Of a stretch of DNA of 64,000 bases, positions 12,506-26,493 are shown piece by piece (the first letter of the stretch is position 1; each line of letters starts with the position of its first letter). The notes beneath the pieces were generated by a model. That model ran no database searches. It worked only from the letters and a program-made list of their open reading frames with translations, and was not told the origin of the DNA. Made by a program: the position numbers and the translations under genes. The DNA is from Raja brachyura (taxonomy: Eukaryota). The stretch spans positions 67,084,001 to 67,148,000 of the forward strand of contig OY740792.1 in NCBI GenBank assembly GCA_963514005.1. Reading direction: 5' to 3'.

Positions 12506-13724
12506 AGGTCCCCGGTGGAGAGCTTGCATGCGTACAAAGACATTCACCTTAACCATGTAGTCCATTTAGCGGCTAGAGGGAGTAATCCCTTGAACTATAG
12601 AAATATCTGCCACTACAATGCATATTCAGGAAAAAGATTAAACATGTGGCAAATATGTTATTGCTGCCTTTGTGTTGGGGAAGGGGGAAAGTTGCAGTTG
12701 AATAATTTGCAATTTCCATTTCATTCTTTTCCACTCTGTGCGATGTGGGCTGATCGATACCGCGTCGCTCGGCTATCTTTCACTCGTGCTCATGGGATTC
12801 ATTTCACGATGCTCAGATGATCTTCTAATGCACCGCAGGGTGTCTATCTCCGCGGCCAGGGGGTTAATCACTTGGTGTCGGGGGGTGAATCACCCTGTGT
12901 GTGGGTCGGGGTCTGGGGGTCGGGCGGGTGGAATCACCCTGGTGTGGGGAGCAGGGTCCGGTGGCGGTGCATCGCGGTCAGTGACTCTGGGTGGACGGAG
13001 GGACCAGACTGTCCCCAACTCTGCTCCACCAGGCCACGTGTGTGTGTGTGCTGCCGACCCACAGCCAGTCACAGTGCGGCTGCACGGGGGTCATGAGGCG
13101 GAGGGCGGCCGTGGCCGGACAGTGCTGACCCTGCGGGGGCAGAGTGGGGGCTGTCCCGAGGGATGCGCCCCTTCGGCCGCTTACACCTTGGTGCTCGGGT
13201 TCACATTGCCCAGTCACCCTCCAGCCCCGGGCGGTCTTGTGTGGGAAAATGACCCCCACCCTCCCGCTCCCCCAGCCACTGATGTAATGGACGCGAGGGT
13301 CTGGACCAATCGCTGACAAGTCCCGCCCCCGGCGACGTCATGTCGCTATTTGGCTTCTTGGTGTTGCTTCAGTTCGGTTATTTGGCTTTTCGCCGTTGTA
13401 CGCGTTTAGTTATTTAGCTTTTCGGTGTAATTTCCGTTCGGTAATTTGGCTTCCACTTCTTCACTTCAGCTTCTCGACCTTCAACGCCACGTCCGCGCAC
13501 GATACGTATACTGTAGCTGACTCGATTGTAATCATGTATTGTCTTTCCATTGACTTGAAAGTATGCAACAAAAGCTTTTCACTGTACCTCAGTACTCGTG
13601 ACAATAACCTAAACCAAACTAAACTAAACTGTTGAATTTGTTAACAGTATTTGGTGACATGCCAAAGCTCCTTAAACGTGGCACTAGCATGCCAAATTAA
13701 ACTCAAGTAAACTAAAAGCTACTT

Positions 13725-14030
13725 GGGTGGCACAGTAGCACAGCAGTAGAGCTGCTGCCTCACAGCGCCAGACACCCAGGTTCAATCCTGACTACAGGTG
13801 CTGTCTGTACGGAGTTTGTACGTTCTCCCTGTGACCTGCGTAGGCTTTCTCCGGCTGCTCCGGTTTCCTCCCACATTCCAAAGACGTACAAGTTTGTAGG
13901 TTAATTGGCTTGGCATCATTGTAAATTGGTCCTTGTGTGTGTGTGTGTAGAATAGCCTCAGTGAGTGGGGATTGTTGGTCGGCATGCACTGGGTGGGCCG
14001 AAGGCTTTGTTTCTGCGCTGTATCTCTAAA
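13725..14030 (+). mobile_element. tRNA-derived V-SINE (HE1-like), representative copy
   Basis: A/B-box head gtggcacagtagcacagcagtagag...ggttcaatcc and V-domain ctccggtttcctcccaca..caaagac. Other copies ~95-335(-), 18875-19170(-), 19340-19620, 20047-20335, 21960-22165(-), 24630-24908(-), 30426-30725, 31333-31585(-), 31795-32072(-), 41828-42040, 58010-58320(-), 61510-62742. Confidence 0.85.
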
Positions 14031-14179
14031 TTAATCTAAGCTCAAATTAGATAGATGGGAAAGCTTTAGAAGGCCTAACATGGGCAAATGGGACTAACAT
14101 AGATGGGAGATTGGGTCAGCATGGACGAGTTGTGTTGAAGGGCCTGTTTCCGTATTGTGTGACTCGGTATAGCATTTGA

Positions 14180-14990
14180 ATTGACAGACTCTTGCCATTT
14201 GCAAGTGATGCATGGCCTCCTAATATAAACCAGCATATCCACATAAGCTGGAAAATCTTCATTCCTCTCAGCATGTGGTGACATGCTGTCCGCCTAACCC
14301 TCCATATGTCAACAAGAGAGTATTCCTGTGCCACAACATTCCTACGCCGCGCCTTGGACAATCCCCACGAGAATGTGGACAGCATGATCAGGTTTGGATC
14401 GAGCGCAGATTCTGAGACGTGTGCAGGGTTTGAAACGGTGATGCATGCTTCAGACATTTCCAATCAGCAAGGGGGCGATTGGCAAATCTGTCTCAGGGTC
14501 CCTGCGAAGCTGGTGCAATGAGGGACAGGCCCCTTGTCAAGCTGTTGCTTTGCTGGCTGGCTGGCATTGTCAAGTTGTTAAGAAATACAACTCTCAGTTA
14601 CAGAAGTAAACAAAAATGCTGGAGAAACTTAGTGGGTGAGGCAGCATCTAAGGAGCGAAGGAAATAGGCAACGTTTTGGGTCGAAACACATCTTCAGACA
14701 GTTACAGAGGATGAGAACAGCATGGTTTGAAAGATAAGCTCTATTTCCTGTCTTCTTTGTGCGTTTGACACAGCAGAAGTCTGCAGAAGGGTGATGCCAT
14801 CTGGTTCGACATCTGGAGGTGCCGCCCTAAAAAGAGCGCATGCTGCGGGCGTTGGCGCCAAGCTGCGGCGACTGAGCTGCTGCCTCTGTTTGTTGTCATT
14901 AGCCTGACTGAGGTCAGTTGACAGGGCTCACCACGGGGAGGTTGACAACAAGAGCCCCTCTATTTCCTGTCACTGAATACTAGACTACCT
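14180..14990 (-). mobile_element. Possible old L1/Tx1 5' fragment (endonuclease and ORF1 remnants)
   Basis: LDPNL...SKAR...SLVDIWR resembles an APE endonuclease segment; heavily decayed. Confidence 0.3.
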
Positions 14991-15274
14991 AATCTTTAAT
15001 TCTCAATCTAAAATTTGGGTAAATTGGGTCAAAAGGGCTGTTTCCATGCGGAATAACTCTATGGCTATGATTAAGACCAATACGTCCTCTCCATGAATTG
15101 AAGCCCCTGTTTTGTAATGGTATTTTAACTTGTTTCAAGGATTTAAGAGAGTCAAGAGGGTGGCATGGTGCCACAGCGACCCGGGTTCAATCCTGATCAC
15201 AGGTGCTGTCTGTACGGAGTTTGTATGTTTCCTGTGACCAATGGCTGCCTCACCAACAGTCTGTCCGACGCTTC

Positions 15275-18020
15275 CTTAAGAAGGAAGGGTTAGTTAGCAG
15301 TCTTGTTGTGCGTGGCCCTTTGGGCATATGGTTGAGTTCTTCATTAGGATGGAGAGTGACAAAGTGAATTCAGGAACAAGGGTTCTGAACTTAAAGAAAG
15401 GTAACTTTGAGGGTATGAGGTGTGAATTGGCCAAGATAAACTGGCAATTGATTCTTAAAGGGTTGAAGGTGGATATGCAATGGAAGACATTTAAAGACTG
15501 CATGGATCAACTACAACAATTGTTCATCCCAGTTTGGCAAAAGAATAAATCAGGGAAGGTAGTGCATCCGTGGATAAACATAGAAACATAGACACATAGA
15601 AAATAGGTGCAAGAGTCTGCACCGCCATTCAATATGATCATGGCTGATCATCCAACTCAGTATCCTATACCTGCCTTCTATCCATACCCCCTGATCCCTT
15701 TAGCCACAAGTAACAAGGGAAATCAGGGATAGTATCAAAACAAAAGATGAAGCTTACAAATTAGCCCGAAAAAGCAGCCTACCAGAGGACTGGGAGAAAT
15801 TCAGAGTCCAGCAGAGGAGAAAGGGCTTAATTAGGAAAGGGAAAATAGATTATGAAAGAAAACTGGCAGGGAACATAAAAACTGACTGCAAAAGGTTTTA
15901 TAGATATGTGAAGAGAAAAAGATTAGTTAAAACAAATGTAGGTCCCTTGCAATCAGAAACAGATGAATTGATCTTGGGGAACAAGGCATAGCAGACCAAT
16001 TGATAACTACTTTGGTTCTCGCTTCACTAAGGAAGACATAAATAATCTGCCGGAAATAGCAGGGGACCGGGGGTCAAATGAGATGGAGGACTTGAGTGAA
16101 ATCCAGGTTAGCCGGGAAGTGCTGTTAGGTAAATTGAATGGATTAAAGGCCGATAAATCTCCAGGGCCAGATAGGCTGCATCCCAAAGTACTTAAGAAAG
16201 TAGCCCCAGAAATAATGGATGCATTAGTGATAATTTTTCAAAACCCTTTAGATTCTGGAATAGTTCCTGAGGATTGGAGGGTAGTCAATGTAACCCCACT
16301 TTTTAAAAAGGGAGGGAGAGAGAAAACGGGGAATTAAGACCCGTTACATCGGTAGCGGGAAAAGTGCTAGAGTCAGTTATTAAAGATGGGATAGCAGCAC
16401 ATTTGGAAAGTGGTGAAATCATTGGACAAAGTCAGCACGGATTTATGAAAGGTAAATCATGTCTGACGAATCGTATAAAATTTTTCCAGGATGTAACTAG
16501 TAGATGAATATATTTGCTATATTTAAGAGGGCGTTAGAATATATTTGCTATATATATAGAATATATTTTATAGAATCTATATATATATAGAAATATATAG
16601 AATATATTTGCTATATTTAAGAGGGCGTTAGATGTGGCTCTTGTGGCTAAAGGGATTAGGGGGTATGGAGAGAAGGCAGGTACGGGATACTGAGTTGGAT
16701 GTTCAGCCATGATCAAATTGAATGGCGGTGCAGGCACGAAGGGCCGAATGGCCTACTCCTGCACCTATTTTTCTATGTTTCTATGTTTCTATGTTTCTAG
16801 AGTGGATAAGGGAGAACTAGTGGATGTGTTATATCTGGACTTTCAGAAGGCTTTCGATAAGGTCCCACATAAGAGATTAGTATGCAAACTTAAAGAACAC
16901 GGTATTGGGGGTTCAGTATTGATGTGGATAGAGAACTGGCTAGCAGACAGGAAGCAAAGAGTAGGAGTGAACGGGTCCTTTTCAGAATGGCAGGCAGTGA
17001 CTAGTGGGGTGCCGCAAGGCTCAGTGCTGGGACCCCAGCTATTTACAATATATATTAATGATTTGGACGAGGGAATTGAATGCAACATCTCCAAGTTTGC
17101 GGATGACTCGAAGCTGGGGGACAGTGTTAGCTGTGAGGAGGATCCTAGGAGGCTGCAAGGTGACTTGGATAGGTTGGGTGAGTGGGCAAATGCATGGCAA
17201 ATGCAGTAATGTGGATAAATGTGACGTTATCCACTTTGGTGGCAAGAACAGGAAAGTAGACTATCATCTGAATGGTGGCCGATTAGGAAAAGGGGAGATG
17301 CAACGAGACCTGGGTGTCATGGTACACCAGTCATTGAAAGTAGGCATGCAGGTGCAGCAGGCAGTGAAGAAAGTGAATGGTATGTTAGCATTCATAGCAT
17401 TTGAGTATAGGATTTGAGTATAGGAGCAGGGAGGTTCTACTGCAGTTGTACAGGGCCTTGGTGAGACCACACCTGGAGTATTGCGTACAGTTTGGGTCAC
17501 CTAATCTGAGGAAATACATTCTTGCCATAGAGGGAGTACAGAGAAGGTTCACCAGACTGATTCCTGGGATGACAGGACTTTCATATGAAGAAAGATTGGA
17601 TAGACTTGGCTTGTACTCGCTGGAATTTAGAAGATTGAGGGGGGATCTTATGGAAACTTATACAATTCTTAAGGGTTTGGACAGGCTAGTTGCAGGAAGA
17701 TTGTTCCTAATGTTGGGGAAGTCCAGAACATGGGGTCACAGTTTAAGGATAAGGGGGAAGTAATTTAGGACCGAGATGAGAAAAACATTTTTCACACAGA
17801 GAGTGGTGAATCTGTGGAATTCTCTGCCACAGAAGGTAGTTGAGGCCAGTTCATTGACTATATTTAAGAGGGAGTTAGATGTGGCCCTTGTGACTAAAGG
17901 GATCAGGGGGTATGGAGAACAGGCAGGTACAGGATACTGAGTTGGATGATCAACCATGATCATATTGAATGGCGGTGCAGGCTCAAAGGGCCGAATGGCC
18001 TACTCCTGCACCCATTTTCT
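15275..18020 (+). mobile_element. CR1 LINE (ORF2 RT, frameshifted) with two nested CR1 3' ends (~15587-15710 inverted; ~16505-16797)
   Basis: [46 protein letters not shown] and the CR1 3'UTR. Confidence 0.95.
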
Positions 18021-18525
18021 TTGTATCCTCCTTTGTTGTTTGTTTGTATGTGCTAAATGTATGTTTTTAGTGTTCTTTAGCTTTAGTGTTCTTTAGCTTG
18101 TTTTATGTGGGGGGTGCAACCTCGGGGCTGCAACCGCAGGAGCCTGCGGACTTTAACATCGTGGAGCTAGCGGTCCCTGGATAGAGTCAACTTCGGGAGC
18201 TCCAAGCCACAGGAGCTTCGACCGCCCCGACGCGGGAGTTATGATCACCCCGACGCGGGGGCTTCAACCGCCGACTGCGTGAGCTTCGATCGCCCCGACT
18301 GCGGATGGTTCGACTGTCCCGACCGTGGGAGAATAAGGAAGAAGAAGATTGTACTTTATTATCTTCCATCACAATGAGGAATGTGGGGAATCCGCTGTGG
18401 TGGATGTTTATGTTAACTTTTATGCAGTTGTGTGTCTTATTGCTTTTTTTTAGCATGGCTGCATGGTAACTCGAGTTTCACTGTACCTTAATTGGTCAAT
18501 GTGACAATAAACTGACCTTTGAACC
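18020..18525 (+). mobile_element. GC-rich non-autonomous non-LTR element (Rex/Babar-like tail); its 5' start ~15240 appears separated by the CR1
   Basis: Shares cttccatcac..tgagga and the gacaataaa tail with 33128-34380. Confidence 0.5.
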
Positions 18526-19624
18526 ATTGACCATGTGGGTTTTCTCCGGGTGCTCCGGTTTCTTCAAATATTCCAAAGATGTACAAGTTTGTAGGTTAAT
18601 TGGTTTCTGTAAATTGCCCCTAGTGCTAGTGTATGGTGTGGGTGCTGGTCGGCATGGACACGGTAGGCCGAAGCCTGTTTCTACACTGTATCTCTCAAGT
18701 AAAGTAAGGTCTAAAGTCACTCAACATTCCCATCTGCAAGTTCTTACATATATATCCATGCCTCAAAAAGCCACAATGGTTTTAACCTCCCTCCCACTGA
18801 TGCTTCTACCATGTGTAAGATAGAATGCAACGAGTTGATTGAATGATTAATTGAAAGAGGCAGCATGGAAACAGGCCCTTCAACCCACCGAGTCCACACC
18901 GACCATCGATCTCCCCTTCATACTAGTTCTGTGTTATCCAGCCCACTTTCTCATCCACTCCCTGCACACTAGGTTCAATATTTACAGAAGCCAATTCACC
19001 TCATTTGGGATGTGGGATGTGGGATGTGGGAGGAAACCGGAGCATCCGGAGAAAACCCAGGCAGTCATAAAGAGAACGTGTAAACTCCACACACAGACGA
19101 GACCAGAGGGCAGGATGGAACCTGGGTCGCTGGTGCGGTGAGGTGAGGTGGCTGCATCACCGTGCCATCATTTGTATTGAGTGGTAAGAGCAGATGAAAT
19201 GGGCAAAGCATATTGAGTCTGTGCCAAACCACATTGTGCCACGACCGGTTTCTCTTCTATTCTTTCTTTGCTTGCTGCCATCACCTTGTAAAATGTTGTA
19301 AATCTCCCTTTGTCGATCATCTTTGGACCTGCAAGTATAGGGTGGCACAGTGGTGCAGCTGCTGGAGCCACTGCCTCATGGCACTAGAGACGCAGGTTCG
19401 ATTCTCACCTCTGTAGTGTCTGTGTGGAGTTTGCACGTTCTCCCTGTGCCCACATGGGTATCCACCGGGTGCTCCAATTTTCTCACATCCCAAAGACGCA
19501 GGATTTTGTGGGTTAATAGGCCCCTGTAAAATTGCTCCCTAGTGTGTAGAGAGTGGATGAGAAAATGGGAGCACTAGTGTGACAGGGGATTGATGGTCAG
19601 CGAGGACTCGGTGGGGTGAGTTGG

Positions 19625-19982
19625 GCCCCAGTCACTCCCTCTTCTCCCCTCTCCCATCAAGCAAGAGGTACCGAAGTGGGAAAACGCACACCTCCAGATT
19701 CAGGGACAGTATCTTCCCAGCTGTTATCGAGCAACTGAACCATCCTATCACTATCTAGAGTGCAGCCCTGACCTCCCATCTATCCCCATTGGAGGCCCAC
19801 GGACTACTTTTAATCCAACTTTATTGGACTTTACCTTGCACTAAACCTTCTTCCCTTTGTCCTGCAAATGTACACAGTGGATGGCTTGATTACAATCATG
19901 TATAGCCTTTCTGCTCACTGGTTAGCACGCAACAAAAGCTTTTTACTGAACCTCTGTACATGTGACAATAAACTAAACAAAC
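19625..19982 (+). mobile_element. Rex1/Babar LINE 3' fragment (further copies ~22540-22820, 24440-25050, 27320-27700)
   Basis: HSLFSPL...TSRFRDSIFPAVIEQLN-type C-terminus and a shared tail ending gtgacaataaactaaac. Confidence 0.7.
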
Positions 19983-22900
19983 TATTTTGTGAATATTTAC
20001 TTTGTGATGAACAGTTAAGTTCCTGCAAACATTCTGTCTAAAGACTCAGTGGCGCAGCGGTAAAGTACAGCCTTACAGCACCGGGGACCCGTGTTCCATC
20101 CTGACTACGGGTGCTGTCTGTATGTAGTTTCTACATTCTCCCTGTGATCTGTGTGGATTTTCTCCGGGTGCTCCGGTTCCTCCCACATTCTTAAGACGTA
20201 CAGGTTTGTGGGTTAATTGGCTTTGCTAAAAATTGTAAATAGTCCCACGTGTTTAGGATAGTGTTAGTGTGCGGGGATCATTGGTCGACACCGACTCAGT
20301 GGGCTCAGTGTCCTCGCTGTATCTATCAACTAAGCTAAACTTGAATGCTTTTAACAATTATCCATGTGTAAGAAAGAACTGCAGATGCAGGTTTAAACCA
20401 AAGATAGACGCAAAATGCTGGAGTAACTCAGCGGGTCAGACAACATCTCTGGAGAGTCACAAAAAACTGGAATAACTCCAGAGATGCTGCCAGTCCCGCT
20501 GAGTTACTCCAGCTTTTTGAGTCTAACAAATATCCATGCCCTTTCAAGTCCAGTCTTGCTGAACTTTTGTTTTCACCATTCGTTGAAAAGAGCCATTGAG
20601 AGTACTACAGAGTTTGCTGCCTGGGCATTGGTAATGATATATACAATAATGAGCCAGGAAGACAGGAAATGTGTTATTGTGGTCAGTCAGCCCAAGAACT
20701 AACCCAACCCTTGCCCTTATTTCTACTCTGTTGTAACTTAGTCATATAGCCTGAGTGGAAAGAGTGCCATTTTTGTGGTTAGTCTCAAACCTTGTGAAAT
20801 GCTTAATCGACCCTGAGCAACAGGAACTGCAGATGCTGGTTTACAAAACCAAAATACAAAATGTGCTGGAGTAACTCAGCGAGACAGACAGCATCTCTGG
20901 AGAACATGGACAGGTGTCTGAAGAAGGGTTCCAACCCGAAATATCACCCATCCTTTTCCACCAGAGATGTGGCTGAGCCGTTGAGTTAATCCAGCACTTT
21001 GGGTCTATCATCGGCATAAACCAGCATCTGCAATTCCAACCTGCACATGGATAGGCGACTTTTGGAGTTGGGACCCTTCTGCAGATTGATTTTGTGGAGG
21101 GGAGAAAGTTGGAAGAGGAATCACAGACGGAGGACCAATAAGAGAGGGTCTCACAGAAGTCTCCTCAGAGAGAGGAGGAGAACTTCAAAGTAGGAAGACC
21201 TTGAGAAGATCTTGCAATGGAGCAGTGAAATGTCGACACAGGGAACTACTGATGCTGGTTTACAAAAAAGGCACAAAGCACTGGAGTATCTCAGCAGGTC
21301 AGGCAGCATCTCTGGAGGACATGGATAGGCGATGTCTAGCATTATACAGAGGTCCATTTTTAGCTTGTTTGGCATAGACACATAGAAACATAGAAAATAG
21401 GTGCAGGAGGAGGCCATTTGTCCCTTTGAGCCAGCACCGCCATTCACTGTGATCATGGCTGATCATCTTGCAAACATAGCACAAACTGACTTTAAAATTG
21501 ATTGATTGATTGATTGAAAGCGTGGAATCTAGTCATCTTGTCCACGCCTACCACCGATCACCCATTCACATTAGGTCTTTGTTATGGGTAGACTAAAATG
21601 CTGGAGAAACTCAGTGGGTGAGGCAACATCTATGGAGCGAAGGAAATAGGCAACGTTTCGGGTCGAGACCCTTTTTCAGACCTGAAACATTGCCAATTTA
21701 CGTTGTTCCTAGATGCTGCCGCACGTGCTGAGTTTCTCCAGCATTTTTGTCTACCTTTGTTTTTCCAGCATCTGCAGTTCCTTCTTAAACAGGTCTTTGT
21801 TTTTAAAACAGGTTATTTTGTGTGGCACAGCCGGCAGCCCCATGGACCCATTGAATCAAAGGTTATGGGGAAAAGGCTGGAGAATGGGGTCGAGGGAAAA
21901 CTAGATTGGGCATGATCAAATGGCGGAGCAGACTTGATGGGCCGAATGGCCTAGTTATACCACTTTCCCATTCACTACACACTAGGGAGCAATTTACAGA
22001 GGCAAAGTAACCTACAAACCTGCACGGCTTTAGGATGTGGGAGGCATCCGGAGCTCTCACAGTGAGAATGTACAAACTCAACACAGGCAGCACCTGAAGT
22101 CAGGATTGAACCCTGGTCCATGGGGCTGTGAGGCAGCGGCTCTACCAACTGTGCCACTGTGCCACACAATAAAACACAGTGAAGTTGTCAATGTAGCTTT
22201 GGTGGGAGCTCAGATAATTAATCCCGTGATGTCACTTATTCTGTTGAATCTGCTGTTCTTTAGGTGACTTACAGTTCATGTTCTAACCTACCTTCTGAAT
22301 CATGATGGATAGTCACTGTCAAGGCCCAAAATGCTCAGCAGAGCAGAAGAACCCTTCCAATATTCGAGGTGCATAAAACTATAATTGGACAAACTTGGAT
22401 TGTTTTTCCTGGCCAGTCAGAATCTTGTCCCAGAGTAGAAATATAAAAGACTAGAAAGGTATAGCTTTAATGTGAGAGGGGCAAATGACAACAGGCTTTT
22501 ATGGCCAAGTTAAGGCGCTAACATTTTTTAACAATTCACCGTTTCTGTTTCTTCCCAGCGGTTATCAGGTGACTGAACCGTCCTCCCACTAACTAGAGAG
22601 TGGTCCTGTGGTACCATCAACCTCATTGGAGACCCTTGGACTATCTATAAACGGACTTAACTGGACTTTATCTTGCTCTAAACATTATAGCCTTTATCCT
22701 GTATCTGTGCACTGTGGATGGCTTGATACAGCTATAATCATGCATAGTTGTTCCGCTGACTGGTTAGCATGCAACAAAAGCCTCTTACTGCACCAGTACA
22801 TGTGACAATTATTAACTTGACTAAATGGCGATCTTGAAGGATACAAGATGGCGCCGGAAACATGGCGACTCTTGTGCACTGACTCAGTGCAATATTCTTA

Positions 22901-25900
22901 CACTCCTGAACTGAAGCATGAATGTGCTGATGTATAGTAAGATTTTTACTGACCCTCTGAGCAAAGTTTAAGGGAGGTATGCGGGGCTGGGTTTTGTTTT
23001 ACGCAGAGGGCAATGGGTGCGCGGAACATGCTGCCAGGGGTGGTGGTGGAGGCAGGTGCAATAGTGGCATTTAAGATACAATTATTGGGAATACCGGTAT
23101 TTAGATAGGCACGTGGATATGCAGGGAGAGAAGGGGTATGGGTCATGTGTAGGCAAAGGAGATTGGTTGACCTTGGCATCATGTTCAGCACGGACATTGT
23201 GGGCTGAAGGGCCTGTTCTTGTCCTGTACTGATCTGTGTCCTGTTATTGATATTTAGGTTATAATTAATAAAGTTATGAGAAGCATAGATTGGAAAAATC
23301 AATTACTAGAGGGCAAAGCTTTAAGGTGAGAGGACCATTGTTTAAAGGAGATGTGCAGACGGGTTGTTTTACACAGAGGGTAGTGAGTGGCTGGAACGCA
23401 CTGCAAAGGCAGATACAATAATGGCGTTGAAGAAACTTGTAGACAGGCACATGGATACACAGGGAATGGACAAGTATGGATTATGCGCAGGTTGATAACA
23501 GAGAATTTTTGTATCATGTTTCTAGCACACTTTACCCATCCTCTTGATATGATCAAAGGAAACTATAATAAAGATGAAGACTTTTAGATGTTGATGCCTC
23601 AACGTCTGACCCGATTAAGAGAAACAACAGGGTCCATGTTGACCTAATTAAGATGGTCACCTGACCAAGACAAACAAACTTTTGGTGTTGACCTAATTCA
23701 GACTCTCCAGTTACTTGGCCTGATAGATGTAGCTCTGAAATTACACATGAAGGTGGTGCCAACATCAAACAGTGGGAATGTTAGAGGCCAATCAATTTGC
23801 AACACACAAACTGGAGGTACAGCACCTCATATTCTGCTTGGGTAACTTACAACCATTGAAAGTGCTGGAGTAAGTCAGCGGGTCAGGCAGCATCTCTGGA
23901 GGACATGGATAGACAACGTTTCGGGTCGGGACCCATCTTTGGACTGAACTGTATGAAAAATGAATCTCCTATTTTAATAAATACCTTCCTCCTCTCGCTT
24001 TCTTTTTTCTGTTCTCTCCACCCAAGTGCACACTTATTGTTCAACAATCTCTTCCCCTCTCCCCCCTCCCGCATACTCGCCTCTTCCCCTCGCCACCCTC
24101 TGACTGTATATTTCACTCCCCCACTTCTCTCCTTATCTGACACCCTTTTGTCTCGTTTTCATCCAGCCTTTTTCTTTTATTCAACCTATTCAACCCCGCC
24201 CACCATGCTAATCAACCCCGCCCACCATCACTTGTATCCACCTATCACTTACCAGGCTTTGTCCTACTCCCACCTCTCTTTTCTAGCTTTCTCCAACAGT
24301 TGCTTCCTAACCTGCTGAGTTACTCAAGTGCTTTATGATTTACTCTAGACATAACAATACAGCTATCTACAAATATACAACAAGATCGCTTGACAACAGG
24401 TAGGGATCCTTTAAAATTGCATTTAAAGTGGGTTCAACCCCCTTCCGTCAGGTAAGAAGTACAGAAGCTTGAAAACGCAAGCCTCCAAATTCAGGGACAG
24501 TTTCTTTCCAGCTGTTAGCAGGCAATGGAACCATCCTATCACCAATTGGAGAGTGGTCCTGATCTACCTCATTGGAAACTGTCAGGCTATCCTTAACTGG
24601 ACTTTACAGGACTTTAGATTAGTTTGGAGATACAGCGTGGAAACAGGCCCTTCGGCCACCCTTCGCCAGTCAACAAAGGTATGTATACAAGTTCTGTCCT
24701 ACTCGTTCGGGCCAATTTACAGAAGCCAATTAACCAACAGACTGCACGTCTTTGGAATGTGGGAGGAAACTGGAATGCCCTTAGAAAACCCATGCAGTCA
24801 CATGGAGAACATACAAACGGCGTACAGACAGCACCCATAATCAGGATCGAACCCGGGTCTCTGGCGCTGTGAGGCAGCAACTGTTCAGCTGTGACACCGT
24901 GCCGCCCAAATCTCCCACTAAACATTATTCCCTTTACCCTGTGGAAGACTTGATTGGAATCATGTATTGTCATTCTGCTGACTGGTTAGCGCACAACAAA
25001 AAATGCCTTTAACTGTACCTTGGTACACTTAACAATAAACGAAACTAATGTGAACTAAACTGAATGGTGATGTTCAGGGGCAGGATGTGGTGGGCGCAGA
25101 GGGTGATTGCAAAATATGAGTAAATATCACCATGTTTGCTTCTGCGTAATTTATTGTAATGACTTGCGCACGTTTTGAAACAGTAGTCTGGAATTGATCT
25201 GACCTCAGATCTGACCAACTAGAGACACAGTGGTAAACAGAACAGTTATTGCCTTCTTAGATTCTGCTCCAATTTTCTCCAGTGCCAGGTAAAAGTGAAA
25301 ATTATCCCCACAATCTAATTCCCTGTATCAACCTCTCTGACAGGAAAACTCCATTTAAAAAAGAAAGATGGATGTTAATTTTGATGACACAAGCAACTGT
25401 GGTCTGCAAGATGATTGAACCTGGAAAAAAACACAATGTGCTGGAGGAACTCGGCGGGACAGGCAGCGTATGGAGAGGCAATGGACAAGCAGTGGTTTGG
25501 GCCAAGACCCTTCTTCAGACTAGTTGTAATTTGTGGGGGGGGGGGGGGGGGGGAGAGAAAGCTGGAAAAGAGAGGTGGTGGGGGGGAAGTGGGATTTAGA
25601 CTTTAAGACCTTTAGACTTTGAACGGAGACACAAATGAGTGTCAGGTAAGGAGAGAAAAGGAGAGAAATGTCAAGCCTGGGTTGAGGTGGAAGGGGGATG
25701 GGTGTGGTGGGTAGATGGAAAACGATAGGGGAATAGTGGGAGAAATGGGTGCTCGCTGGGATGGGGGGAACGGGTAACCGGGTAAAAGGTGGAATGAGAA
25801 GGGGCACAGGAAAAATAACGGGGTGGGGTGCAGGGGAAGGACTTTATAACTTTATAACAATTGGAGGACTCAAAGCTCATACTGTTGGATTGTCGGCTAC

Positions 25901-26493
25901 CCAAGCAGAATATGTTCCTCCAGTTTGATTTTACATAACCTGTGAAAAATGCATAGTTGCCCAGATAATCGGGAATCATTAGAATTCACTCGCCCAAAGA
26001 CGGGCTTATCCGGCAATGAGTGTATCCGGCAAGATGGGGCTGAGGGGAATGGTCAGCAAAGATCTTCTTCAGTGGAGGACCAGGCACAAGAGATGAATGG
26101 CCATCTCATCCTTGTTCCTTCTTAATCAAAGGATAAAGCAATTAATATTGTTAAATCTAAAATGTATTTATTAATTGGATTGAAAGGGTATGGAAGCCTA
26201 GGGGCCAATTGCAGGCTTATGGGACTAGCCCAATATGTCAACTTGATCGGCATGTACAAGATGGGCCAAATGGCCTATTTCCACTCTATGACTTTAATGG
26301 ACAGCAATTTAAAAATACAACAGAATTAAGCATGTAAAGGTCCAATGAATTCATGCGACAACATGCATGGTAAGAATCAATAATCGGACTAATCATGTTG
26401 GAGTAAGTCAGCAAGATGGGTAGCATCTCTGGAGAAGAAGGACAGACAATGTTTCAGGTCAGGACACTCCTTCAGACTGAGGAAGAGTCAAGC

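Larger units (their letters stand above)
7468..12617 (+). mobile_element. Decayed BEL/Pao LTR retrotransposon (gag, zinc knuckles, protease, RT remnants; integrase missing)
   Basis: LPPAEIPTYDGEPLQY; CFGC..GH..CDKC..H knuckles; VFLDHG protease; LPFK..LPNNR; GGFTLSKWNS; YVDTKENPA. About 100-bp LTR end repeated at 7790-7890 and 12517-12617 (ends ctaca). Possible TSD ATGCA. Many stops and frameshifts. Confidence 0.9.
2580..13501. mobile_element. Foldback MULE-like DNA transposon, copy A (arms ~2580-4025 and ~12640-13501) with nested insertions
   Basis: The arms are inverted copies. Termini GGTACCCGGAC and GTCCGCGCACG match copy B. The flanks rejoin into one Rex/Babar tail (cctgtatctgtac|actgtagctgactcgattgtaatcatg). 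The 8-9-bp TSD is degenerate. Confidence 0.8.

Noticed and set aside
19284-19328. Small minus-strand segment encoding EIYNIL
   Set aside because: It lies downstream of the stop codon, has a weak donor and has no partner exons
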